Of a stretch of DNA of 64,000 bases, positions 20,688 to 29,121 are shown piece after piece. The notes beneath the pieces are model-generated. The model searched no databases, had not been told where the DNA came from, and was given only the letters and a program-made list of their open reading frames with translations. The translations under genes were made by a program, and so were the position numbers. Source of the DNA: Alkalispirochaeta sp. (GTDB taxonomy: Bacteria > Spirochaetota > Spirochaetia > DSM-27196 > Alkalispirochaetaceae); the NCBI GenBank assembly GCA_965242725.1, contig CBDESZ010000007.1, positions 73,578 to 137,577 on the forward strand, written 5' to 3'. How positions within the stretch are numbered: the first letter of the stretch is position 1; each line of letters begins with the position of its first letter.

Positions 20688-20942
20688 ATGAATGCAGTGA
20701 ATTACTCCGATTTAAGACGAAACCTCAAAGACTACATGGATCGCGTCTACAAGGATCAGGAAACGCTCATCGTTACCAGAAAGAACAACGAGAACGTGGT
20801 CCTCATTTCGATTGACGAGTACAACAGCCTTCTGGAAACCAACTACCTGCTCTCAAACGAGGCCAATGCCAAACACCTGAAGGAATCTTTACGGCAATCA
20901 CGAGAGGGCAAAGCCGCAGAACGACAGTTGATTGAAGAATGA
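20688..20942 (+). CDS. yefM: Type II antitoxin YefM/Phd family
   Basis: NYSDLRRNLK..MDRV, VVLISIDEYNSLLET.YLLS...NA.HL. Confidence 0.95.
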   Translation: MNAVNYSDLRRNLKDYMDRVYKDQETLIVTRKNNENVVLISIDEYNSLLETNYLLSNEANAKHLKESLRQSREGKAAERQLIEE

Positions 20943-21193
20943 GAGTCCCGTTTACGGAAAAGGCCTGGGATGACTACCTCTACTGGCAGAAGAACGACAA
21001 ACGTGTTCTGAAAAGGATCAACGAACTCATTAAATATACGCAGCGTTCCCCCTTCGCCGGCATAGGAAAACCGGAACCGCTGAAACATCAACTTCAGGGA
21101 TTGTGGTCTCGACGCATAAATGACGAGCACCGACTCGTCTATGAAGTCGAAGACACCGATTTACGGATCGTCGCCTGTCGGTTTCACTACTAG
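20939..21193 (+). CDS. yoeB: Type II toxin YoeB/Txe family
   Basis: AWDDYLYWQ, GIGKPEPLKH, WSRRINDEHRLVY, CRFHY; ATGA overlap. Confidence 0.96.
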   Translation: MRVPFTEKAWDDYLYWQKNDKRVLKRINELIKYTQRSPFAGIGKPEPLKHQLQGLWSRRINDEHRLVYEVEDTDLRIVACRFHY

Positions 21194-21964
21194 TTCGACG
21201 GCGCGGACTGTTAGTGAGCGGAACGGGAGTCCCGCCGCGCCGGAGATCGGCAGGAGCGGCATGAAGGTCTGTTTTCGTCCCAATCGGAGTCTCTATCAGG
21301 CGATTCAAAACCGCCTGTCCATCTCCGTTGAGGACCGGATGGATCCCAAACAGCCGCATATCGCAACGGTGACAAACGTGGATGATCCTTCCTCGGTGTA
21401 CAGCCGCCACGGTACCAAGATCATCGATGGGAAGGTACCGGAACTGCCGGCCGTTTCTTTCAACCCCCATGAAGGTGCGGACACATACCGAGCGGTCTTT
21501 GTGGGTCTCGAGGACCAGTACGTCAGCTCCCAGTCTTCCATCTCCACCGATTCTGTGTCGTGGGTCATTTCGCATGCTGTCAGAAACACAGCCGACGTTT
21601 GGCACACAGTTCTAGTCACAAGCGGCATGATGAACCGGAAGTGGTCGATGCAGCCGTTGTTGTAGACTGTTGACGTCGTCGACACGAGCATCCTTGCAGA
21701 TACAAATCCCCGCCTCCCCAACTCACGGCGTTTCCACCAACCTATCTCAGTGACATAGAAGGCAAATTTTGTACCAGCGATGCCGTCGCCTGCGATAGCG
21801 TTGACCTCATACACCGCTTCCTACACCGGCAAGCGCCCTGTACGTGGTTGTTGAACCGTCGGTGAATATCTAACGTTGACGCCTGAACAATCCGTGGTAC
21901 TATTATCGTATACTCATAGTATACCTTAAGTATTCCCAAAAGGTGATACAGGAGAGCCACACAC

Positions 21965-23071
21965 ATGAGAACGTATCAGATCGGCGTTGTCGGGTCGGGA
22001 TTCATGGGCAAGGCGCACACCTATGCGTATCGTTCCATTCCTTTCTTCTACGGAAGCCTGCCGGTCCAGGCGAAAATGCGCGCGATATGCAGTCTGCCCC
22101 GGGAAGCCGCTGAAGCCGCGGCGGGAGAATACGGATACGAATTGGCTACCGACGATCTCACGGAGTTCTTCGAGAGCGGAATAGATATTGTGCACGTCTG
22201 CTCACCCAACGACACGCACCGGGAGATAGTCCTGGAGGCAATCCGGCGCGGTATTCACGTCTACTGCGAGAAACCGGTGGCGCCGGATTACCCCACCGCC
22301 GCCGAGATTCTACAGGCGCTGAAGAACGCCCCGTCTCCCATCGTCTCACGCGTCGGCTTCCACTCCCGGTTCTATCCCAGCGCCATCCGCGCCAAGGAGA
22401 TCATCGACGCCGGTCGGCTGGGAGAGATCCTTTCGTTCAAAGTGCGATACTTCACCATGAACCGCCTCGAGGGGAGCGCGAGCCCCAACGCCCTCGTCTC
22501 CGGAGCAATACTCGATCTCGCTCCTCACCTCACTGACATGACCCGCTTCCTGGTCGGAGATTTCGACGAGCTCATCGCGGAAACACACTACCGTAAACCC
22601 GATGAGCCCCATCCCGATCGGTCGGAAGACGCTTTTTATTCCATTGTGAAAATGAAGAACGGCGCGGAAGGGGTAATAGAGGCAAGCAAGATAGCCCAGG
22701 GCGCAAATAACGACTACTTCGCGGAGATCTACGGCGAGAAGGGGGCACTCAAGATCGATATAGAGAATCCCGACTGGCTCTGGTTTTACGACGCAACCGA
22801 CGCACCGGGGCCGTACGGCGGCGACAGGGGGTTCAAGCGGATTGAATCGTTCAACCGCTATCCGACGCGGGTGTTCCCCTCTCCGCGCCATTCTCCAGGG
22901 TGGCTCGGGGGCCACTTACACAGCATTTACACGTTTCTGTGTGAAGTACGGGATGGGACGGCGAATGGTCCCACCCTCAGCGACGGCATTTACATACAGA
23001 AGGTTATGGATGCCATGCACCTTTCAGCACTGCAACGACAATGGGTATCAATAGAAGGAGATCTGCCGTGA
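21965..23071 (+). CDS. Gfo/Idh/MocA oxidoreductase
   Basis: GSGFMG Rossmann motif, HVYCEKP, DLAPHLTD. Confidence 0.93.
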   Translation: MRTYQIGVVGSGFMGKAHTYAYRSIPFFYGSLPVQAKMRAICSLPREAAEAAAGEYGYELATDDLTEFFESGIDIVHVCSPNDTHREIVLEAIRRGIHVYCEKPVAPDYPTAAEILQALKNAPSPIVSRVGFHSRFYPSAIRAKEIIDAGRLGEILSFKVRYFTMNRLEGSASPNALVSGAILDLAPHLTDMTRFLVGDFDELIAETHYRKPDEPHPDRSEDAFYSIVKMKNGAEGVIEASKIAQGANNDYFAEIYGEKGALKIDIENPDWLWFYDATDAPGPYGGDRGFKRIESFNRYPTRVFPSPRHSPGWLGGHLHSIYTFLCEVRDGTANGPTLSDGIYIQKVMDAMHLSALQRQWVSIEGDLP

Positions 23072-23736
23072 GTAAATACATCGGATTTCTGCACACCACC
23101 CCGTCCACCATCGGGATGGTTAACGATCTGTTGAAGAAGGTGATACCCGAAACCGAGCCGGTTCACGTTTATGACGGTGCCGTGCGAATAGACAACTTTC
23201 GGAATCCCGTGGGAGAGACGCCGAAACGGAACCTTGAGCGCTGGGCGACCTTCGGCGGTGAGCTGGAGCGATTCGGCTGTTCCGCCGTCGTTTCCTGCTG
23301 CAGCCTCATGCCCCGGGCGACTGCTTTTGGCGCACAGGTCGTGAACATACCCTTTGTGCAGTTGGACGACCCGATTCTTGAACGCGCAGCTCGCAACTAT
23401 TCCCGAATAGGGGCTATCAATACCACCGAGCATACCGTCCCCTATATCAGGGAGCGCTTTGCCGCCTGGGAAGAAAAACTCGGTAAAACAATCGACGTTG
23501 AGTATTCGAACACACTGGGGGCGCTGGAGCTTTTTCACGCCGGTGACCTTGCCGCCCACGACGCTGCAGTCCTGGAAGCGATGCATGACCTGGAGCGCCG
23601 GGGTACCGAGTGCATCGTCCTCGCACAGGTTCCTTTTGGACTCTTGGAAGATCAGATAGCGGCGGAATCGTGGTCCGTTCCCGTACTCGTTCCGGGCACG
23701 GAAGCCTTCACATGGCTCAGAGAGCTGGCGCGATGA
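23068..23736 (+). CDS. Asp/Glu/hydantoin racemase-superfamily protein
   Basis: IGFLHT, SCCS, IVLAQ; GTGA overlap with upstream gene. Confidence 0.7.
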   Translation: MSKYIGFLHTTPSTIGMVNDLLKKVIPETEPVHVYDGAVRIDNFRNPVGETPKRNLERWATFGGELERFGCSAVVSCCSLMPRATAFGAQVVNIPFVQLDDPILERAARNYSRIGAINTTEHTVPYIRERFAAWEEKLGKTIDVEYSNTLGALELFHAGDLAAHDAAVLEAMHDLERRGTECIVLAQVPFGLLEDQIAAESWSVPVLVPGTEAFTWLRELAR

Positions 23737-24368
23737 GTGTCACTACACTTTCCTACGGGGCGCCCTTATTCGCCGTTGATTACATCGAGAGCGAGGCAGA
23801 ACACCGGGTCGGCCCAAAGAGCATCGTCCTCAACCTCAGCGAAGAGCCCCTTTTTATTAATGGTCTGCCCCTTCGGTTCTTCCAGTCGGTCGTTGTGCGG
23901 GAGATTGCTCTGACGACGTGCCGCCGTTGTCTGGTCATTCTCGACCACACCCGCCACACAGATAAAGAAGCACTCTTCCGGGCAGCACGGGAAAAGTGGA
24001 CGCTCGCCTACGATGCTACCGGAGCAGAGCGCCACAGGGGTGTCATGCTCTGGCGGACCGTGAAGGAGAAGCTGGACGACGTTTCAGTGAACCTCTGCTA
24101 AGCAGGACGCGTCCCCCTCGTCGTCGGGCTGCATCGGGAGCACTGGGGCGGCCCGCCCATCAGGGAAGTGCACACGCAGCTCGTCGGGTACGGCGTCATG
24201 CAGCAATACCGGGAAGAGGATCTGACAACCCTCTACCGGGAGGAACTGATGGCTCCAGGATGTAGCCATTTTCCCATGTACGACGAAAAGATTGAGTATC
24301 CCTGGCACCAGTATGAAACAATCACGAAGGGCATCTTCCAGGCGTGTGAAATGGAGGCGGCACGGTAA
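23733..24368 (+). pseudogene. His-rich, possibly cupin-like hypothetical protein interrupted by in-frame TAA (24099-24101)
   Basis: ORF from ATG 23733 continues in the same frame after the stop (AGRVPLVVGLHREH...EVHTQLVGYG...YPWHQY) to 24368. Confidence 0.65.
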
Positions 24369-24409
24369 AATACGTGACAATTGAGGCAGGAAAACCTATC
24401 TCGCGTCGT

Positions 24410-24720
24410 CGTATGGTCGGCCCCATTCCCCTCGTTTCGTATGTCCGTAGAGGCACGGCAGCAAATACGCGTTCAATCACATTGGTTGTCCTGATGTGTT
24501 TCCAGTGGGCTGCGGGAAGCCGATACAACGAGAGCTGAAAATCACGGCCCTTCACAGGGGTCGCCACGACCTCTCCATATTTGTCTTTCTAAATAAGATC
24601 TTTGAATTCAAGGTGGAGCTCTTTTCAGCTTTCTTCACTCTCCCGGTATCCAATTCTGACAGCGAGTAATTCCTATTCACCGTTCTATTTGGTACCGATG
24701 ATCACCATAGGACAGCTCAG
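24410..24720 (-). mobile_element. Degraded IS256-family transposase remnant
   Basis: CPMVIIGTK*NGE*ELLAVRIGYRESEES*KEL...LPAAHWKHIRTTNVIERVFAAVPLRT; four stops and an internal deletion. Confidence 0.8.
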
Positions 24721-24784
24721 GTCTATCTCCGCGGCGTGACCGGGAGGATACCGGGCTTTTGATCGAAATCAAGGCGATGACGTA

Positions 24785-24846
24785 TCCCGTGCGAGAACGG
24801 GTGCTTCACCTCACCACTGAACAACGCACTGCGGGACGAAGTTCAA
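24785..24846 (+). repeat. Direct repeat copy 1 (~60 bp)
   Basis: 53/62 ungapped identity to 26960-27021 (hand-aligned). Confidence 0.9.
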
Positions 24847-24972
24847 AATAAAAAGACGCGTCCGTGTCGGACAATCAACTTCCCGTTGCGCCGGCGGATT
24901 ACTGGTCGTACTATGTGTTGAATATCGAAATTTGAACGTACATTGAGACACTCCAAACCAGGGAGGATAGCG

Positions 24973-26484
24973 GTGAGAGCTTCTCTATTGGTTCCGGTCG
25001 GTTTCCTTCTTGTCTTGATGGCCTGCCCCAATCCATCTCATTCCACATCGGCGTCGACGGAGTTTTACGTTGCCCCCAACGGCAACGATGCCGCTTCCGG
25101 TTCCATCGATGATCCGTGGGCGACTTTTGAACACGCCGTGGATCAACTCAGCCCCGGGGGGACGCTATTTGTCCGTCAGGGAACGTACCGTGAGCGATTG
25201 ATTCCGACAGTTTCCGGCACGCAGGGCGATCCCGTGGTCATCGCCGCCTATCCCGGCGAAACCGTCGTCATCGACGGTACGACCATCGACGAGGAGGGGG
25301 GATGGTTCGGGCTGATACAGCTTGTCGAAGTCGACTACGTCACCATCCGGGGGTTCACCGTGCGCAACGCCGGCGGCCAGGCGATCCAGGCAAATGACTG
25401 TGCCCACGTGATCATTGAAGACAACGCCACCGAGAACAGCGTGTCATCGGGCATTATGGCGTGGGGCGATACAGAGGTTATCATCAGGGGGAATACCGTC
25501 GGGAATGCCTGCACCGGGGGCGAGGGGTATCAGGAGTGCATATCCGTATCCGATACCGACGGATTTGAGGTCAGCGGGAACATGGTCTACGGCGGAAACA
25601 TGGAGGGAATTGACGTCAAGGACGGGTGCCGCCATGGCGTCGTGTCGGGCAACACCGTCTATGAACTCACCCGGCTGGGAATCTACATCGACGCGTGGGA
25701 CTCACTGACTGAAGACATTGATGTCTTTGACAATACCGTCCACGATTGCCGTGAAGGGATTCGGGTCAACTCGGAAAACGGGGGCCTCGCCAGGAATATC
25801 CGGGTATTCGGCAATTCGGTATATGACAACGACGAGTGCGGATTCTGGGTAGGCGTCGGCGGCGTTCGTGAGAGTCTGCACCCCGTCAGCGATGTGCTCC
25901 TCAACGGAAACATTTCGCGGAACAATGGTTCCGACGGAATCAGAATCTCCGTCCCCGACAATGGATCGACAGACAACATCACCGTTACCAACAATCTGGT
26001 CTATTTCAATGCACGATCCGGAGTCATGGTCGCCGACTTCTCCACCGACGGCACCGGCTCGATAGGCGCGGTTGCTATTATAAACAACACGATCCATGGA
26101 AACGGAACCGGTCTCGGCTGGGGCGCAGGGGGCATCATGGTGAACTCCGCTTCTCCCGGCCAGCACATTACCGTCGGAAACAACATCGTCAGCGACAATG
26201 AGGAGTTCTCCATCACCGTCGCCGCGGAGGCGACGGACACGGTGGTCGTGGAGTGTAATCTGGTTGACGGCTTCCGATCTGCCGCGGAGGAGACCAGGGG
26301 AACGCCGTGTGTGGAGGGGGATCCCCTCTTTCTCGACGCGGAAGGCGGCGATTTTCGGGTGTTGACGACTCCCGCCTCTCCGGCAATTGACGCGGGCTCC
26401 GCGGAGGGCGCTCCTGCACACGACTTTGCCGGTGCGAGCCGTCCACAGGGAAGCGCCGTCGACATCGGTGCGTACGAGGCGTAG
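24973..26484 (+). CDS. Lipoprotein with right-handed parallel beta-helix (pectin-lyase fold; DUF1565-like N-terminus, choice-of-anchor-Q-like C-terminus)
   Basis: GGAGG RBS before GTG 24973, lipobox VLMA-C, YVAPNGND..SGS..DPW, Asn-ladder repeats, SPAIDAG...DIGAYE. Confidence 0.85.
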   Translation: MRASLLVPVGFLLVLMACPNPSHSTSASTEFYVAPNGNDAASGSIDDPWATFEHAVDQLSPGGTLFVRQGTYRERLIPTVSGTQGDPVVIAAYPGETVVIDGTTIDEEGGWFGLIQLVEVDYVTIRGFTVRNAGGQAIQANDCAHVIIEDNATENSVSSGIMAWGDTEVIIRGNTVGNACTGGEGYQECISVSDTDGFEVSGNMVYGGNMEGIDVKDGCRHGVVSGNTVYELTRLGIYIDAWDSLTEDIDVFDNTVHDCREGIRVNSENGGLARNIRVFGNSVYDNDECGFWVGVGGVRESLHPVSDVLLNGNISRNNGSDGIRISVPDNGSTDNITVTNNLVYFNARSGVMVADFSTDGTGSIGAVAIINNTIHGNGTGLGWGAGGIMVNSASPGQHITVGNNIVSDNEEFSITVAAEATDTVVVECNLVDGFRSAAEETRGTPCVEGDPLFLDAEGGDFRVLTTPASPAIDAGSAEGAPAHDFAGASRPQGSAVDIGAYEA

Positions 26485-26487
26485 GGA

Positions 26488-26535
26488 GGGTATCTCACTT
26501 CACCACTGGACGATGTATCGGGGAACGAATTTTGA
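26488..26535 (+). repeat. Direct repeat copy 2 (degenerate)
   Basis: 33/48 ungapped identity to the core of copy 1; 13 of 15 mismatches are transitions. Confidence 0.7.
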
Positions 26536-26590
26536 TATAGAGTCGACCGATTTGACCAACCCTGGTTAAGATGGTCATGGGAGGCGCGAA

Positions 26591-26957
26591 ATGATTGTAA
26601 ATGTATCTGAAGCGAAAGCTCAGTTTTCCCGTCTCATTGACCTGGTGTATCACGACGAGTAGGTGACGATTGCCAAGAATAACCTTCCTTCGGTTGATCT
26701 GGTCCCCCACAAGGTTCGGACGAAACGGCAGCTGGGAGCACTGAAATGAATGATCGACATATCCGATGACTTTGACGACGTCGACCCGGAAATCAATGAG
26801 ATGTTTTACGGCGGAACATGCGGCTCATTTACAGTCTCTGCCGTATCATCACCGCGATCCCTTTGACCGCATGATCATTTCTCAGGCGATCCACGAGAGC
26901 ATTCCCGTCCTGACGGTGGACCCGCAGTTTTCACACTACCCTGTACGGACGGTGTGA
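26591..26957 (+). pseudogene. Decayed Phd-antitoxin / VapC(PIN)-toxin pair
   Basis: MIVNVSEAKAQFSRLID...E*VTIAK...LK*..DDFD..FYG joined to PIN C-terminus HHRDPFDRMIISQA. Confidence 0.85.
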
Positions 26958-26959
26958 TG

Positions 26960-27021
26960 TCCCGTGCTGAGGCGGGTGCTTCATCTCACGACTGAACAAC
27001 GCACCGCGGAACGAAGTTCAA
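26960..27021 (+). repeat. Direct repeat copy 3 (~60 bp), overlapping the stop codon of the dienelactone hydrolase gene
   Basis: See copy 1. Confidence 0.9.
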
Positions 27022-27590
27022 GATAGAAACGATAAAACCCGCTGAACCACCAGGTCGTAGGACTCACGATGAAAGTCGGGTGAATCCCGATCCAGGAACA
27101 GGTGTCCCGAGCCGGGATAGACATACTCATCCCAACGTTGGTCGACCGATTGCACCGCCTCCCGGAGCGCCGCGACATGGTCCTGCTCCACCCACGGATC
27201 GTCTTCCGCATAGTGCACCTGCACCGGCACCGCCGGCCACGTCCCGATCCCCATCATCGCCGGAGGTAATGCCGCGTGGTAGAGAATCGCCGCCTGTGCG
27301 CCCGGCCGCGTGGCCGCGAGGTACTGGGCCGATGCGGCGCCCATCGAAAAGCCGGCGTATACACATTCATGCGGCAGTGATTCGACCGCCGCCGTTGCCC
27401 GACGGGTCAGCTCAGGAATGCCGACGGCGTCGCGCTTGGCGATCCCGTCCGCGAGGTCGACAAAGACCTCCCCGTCAAAGAGATCCGGCGTATATACGAT
27501 GTGACCTTCGTTTCTCAGCAGGTGCGCAAACTCATGAACGGCGGGGCGAAGACCCAACGCCGAATGAAACACTACGATAGTATGAGACAT
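27018..27590 (-). CDS. Dienelactone hydrolase-family protein
   Basis: HSALGLRP, GFSMG, YPGSGHLF. Confidence 0.9.
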   Translation of the reverse strand: MSHTIVVFHSALGLRPAVHEFAHLLRNEGHIVYTPDLFDGEVFVDLADGIAKRDAVGIPELTRRATAAVESLPHECVYAGFSMGAASAQYLAATRPGAQAAILYHAALPPAMMGIGTWPAVPVQVHYAEDDPWVEQDHVAALREAVQSVDQRWDEYVYPGSGHLFLDRDSPDFHRESYDLVVQRVLSFLS

Positions 27591-27604
27591 GACGTCCTCC
27601 TATT

Positions 27605-27617
27605 TGTACACTGTACA
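27605..27617. promoter_or_regulatory. Probable TetR operator
   Basis: TGTAC-act-GTACA palindrome between divergent hydrolase and TetR genes. Confidence 0.65.
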
Positions 27618-27654
27618 GTATTAATTGAACGTTGTCCAGTATTAGGTTAGAATT

Positions 27655-28323
27655 ATGTCCATGAGCAGGAATCCTGCCCCGCGGCGACCGGGCAAACGTG
27701 CCGGACTCACCACCGATGCGGTCATATCCGCGGCTATGACCGCATACTCGAGAGATGGCGTTTCGGCGCTTTCGATTCGATCGGTGGCCTCGGAGCTCGG
27801 CGTTGCACCAAACGCCCTCTACAGTCACATCAACTCCAAGGATGCGTTGATCGGAGAGGTGATCGATAGAATAATCGGAGAGGTGGACGCACCGTCATTT
27901 GACACGGAGTGGCGTCGTGCCCTTCGGCTGATTATGATTCGCTCTCGGGCGGTCCTCCTTCAACACCCCGCGTTAATGCCGGAGTTCCTGTCGCGACCCG
28001 CCCGCGGAGCCAATGCCCTCAGGCTCGGGGAGACGATGCTGCAGTTCCTGGAGAAGGGCGGCGTTGCCGGGGCTGCTGCGGTGTCGGCCCTCCGGGTTTT
28101 ACTCGTGTACACGGTTGGATTTGCCGCCCAGGAAGCGCCGCGCGCCGCCGATCCCGACGGAGAGAGACGGCATGAGGACTCAATGCGCGCGTTCTCGGCG
28201 GACAGTCAACGACCGCTCAGCAGAGCGGCGGCGGGACAACTGGCGCAACATCCGGGCGATACGGTATTTGAGACGGGACTTGACTGGTTGCTGAAGGGTA
28301 TCGCAGACGGCGCGAGCCAATAA
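27655..28323 (+). CDS. TetR-family regulator (TetR_C type)
   Basis: LSIRSVASELGVAPNALYSH..SKDAL; FETGLDWLL.G. Confidence 0.93.
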   Translation: MSMSRNPAPRRPGKRAGLTTDAVISAAMTAYSRDGVSALSIRSVASELGVAPNALYSHINSKDALIGEVIDRIIGEVDAPSFDTEWRRALRLIMIRSRAVLLQHPALMPEFLSRPARGANALRLGETMLQFLEKGGVAGAAAVSALRVLLVYTVGFAAQEAPRAADPDGERRHEDSMRAFSADSQRPLSRAAAGQLAQHPGDTVFETGLDWLLKGIADGASQ

Positions 28324-28357
28324 ACGAACCGACATGCGGCATATATGGAGGTGAACG

Positions 28358-28978
28358 GTGACGTTGGAATCGGTTTTATCAATGCTGCCGGGACCGGCCC
28401 GGAGGGGAGTGGAAACACTCGGGTTTACGAAACTGGAGGAGTTCACCGGCGTTTCCAGAAAGCAGCTTCAGGATATTCACGGGGTGGGACCCAAGGCGAT
28501 TTCCATACTTGAAGCCGCTCTGGCTGAACAGGGTCTGACGTTGCAGTCGTGGACGGAAGGGAAGTCGGTCCTGACCGATCCTGAGATTTTTCCTGATGAT
28601 TCAGTTCTTGAGCACCACCTGGCGGGAGTGAAACCGCTTTTTGACCGGATGCTCCAACGGTTCCAGGATTGTGATCCTCCCTTGGTGCTGGAGTGGCGCT
28701 ACTACGCCGACGGCGGTAGTTGGCTTGGAAAGGTGACGGCGCGGAAAAAGACGATCATCTGGGTAGCCGTCCATCACCACATGGTCAGGGCGTCGTTCTA
28801 TTTCAAAAAGGACGCAGTTCCCATTATTGAACGAAGCGGCCTCGACGAGCGGTATCGTCCGCAATTGGAAGAGATTCTTCGCACGGGCAGGACGAAGGCG
28901 GTGACGATCGATATCGACCGTCCCGAGCATCTTGAACAGATGCAGCTCCTGATCGATATCAAGTTGTCACTGATATAG
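28358..28978 (+). CDS. Fusion: HhH/RNAP alpha-CTD-like domain + DUF3788-like domain
   Basis: PARRG...IHGVGPKAISIL..AL...GL; EWRYY.DG.SWL.KV..RKKTI.W. Confidence 0.7.
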   Translation: MTLESVLSMLPGPARRGVETLGFTKLEEFTGVSRKQLQDIHGVGPKAISILEAALAEQGLTLQSWTEGKSVLTDPEIFPDDSVLEHHLAGVKPLFDRMLQRFQDCDPPLVLEWRYYADGGSWLGKVTARKKTIIWVAVHHHMVRASFYFKKDAVPIIERSGLDERYRPQLEEILRTGRTKAVTIDIDRPEHLEQMQLLIDIKLSLI

Positions 28979-29049
28979 GTGTGTTCCGTTTCCTTTGGCG
29001 CGTTGTCTCGGCGACACGGTCAAATTGTATCAAGGCGCACCGGATGGGC

Positions 29050-29069
29050 CCCGGCGTCATTTCGCCGGG
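29050..29069. terminator. Hairpin between convergent genes
   Basis: cccggcg-tcattt-cgccggg. Confidence 0.55.
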
Positions 29070-29121
29070 CGCTATTTCCCCACACTATTTCCCCATGCTG
29101 CTTTTCCACGCTACTTCTTCA
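29070..29121. repeat. Four degenerate 13-bp tandem repeats
   Basis: cgctatttcccca / cactatttcccca / tgctgcttttcca / cgctacttcttca. Confidence 0.7.

Noticed and set aside
24099..24101. Stop-codon recoding or alternative genetic code
   Set aside because: TAA ends many intact genes here and this is a single case; mutation or error is simpler.
24785..27021. Repeats as a CRISPR array or integron attC sites
   Set aside because: Spacers are ~0.4 and ~1.6 kb and contain genes, there is no cas or intI gene, and the RYYYAAC/GTTRRRY boxes are not matched.
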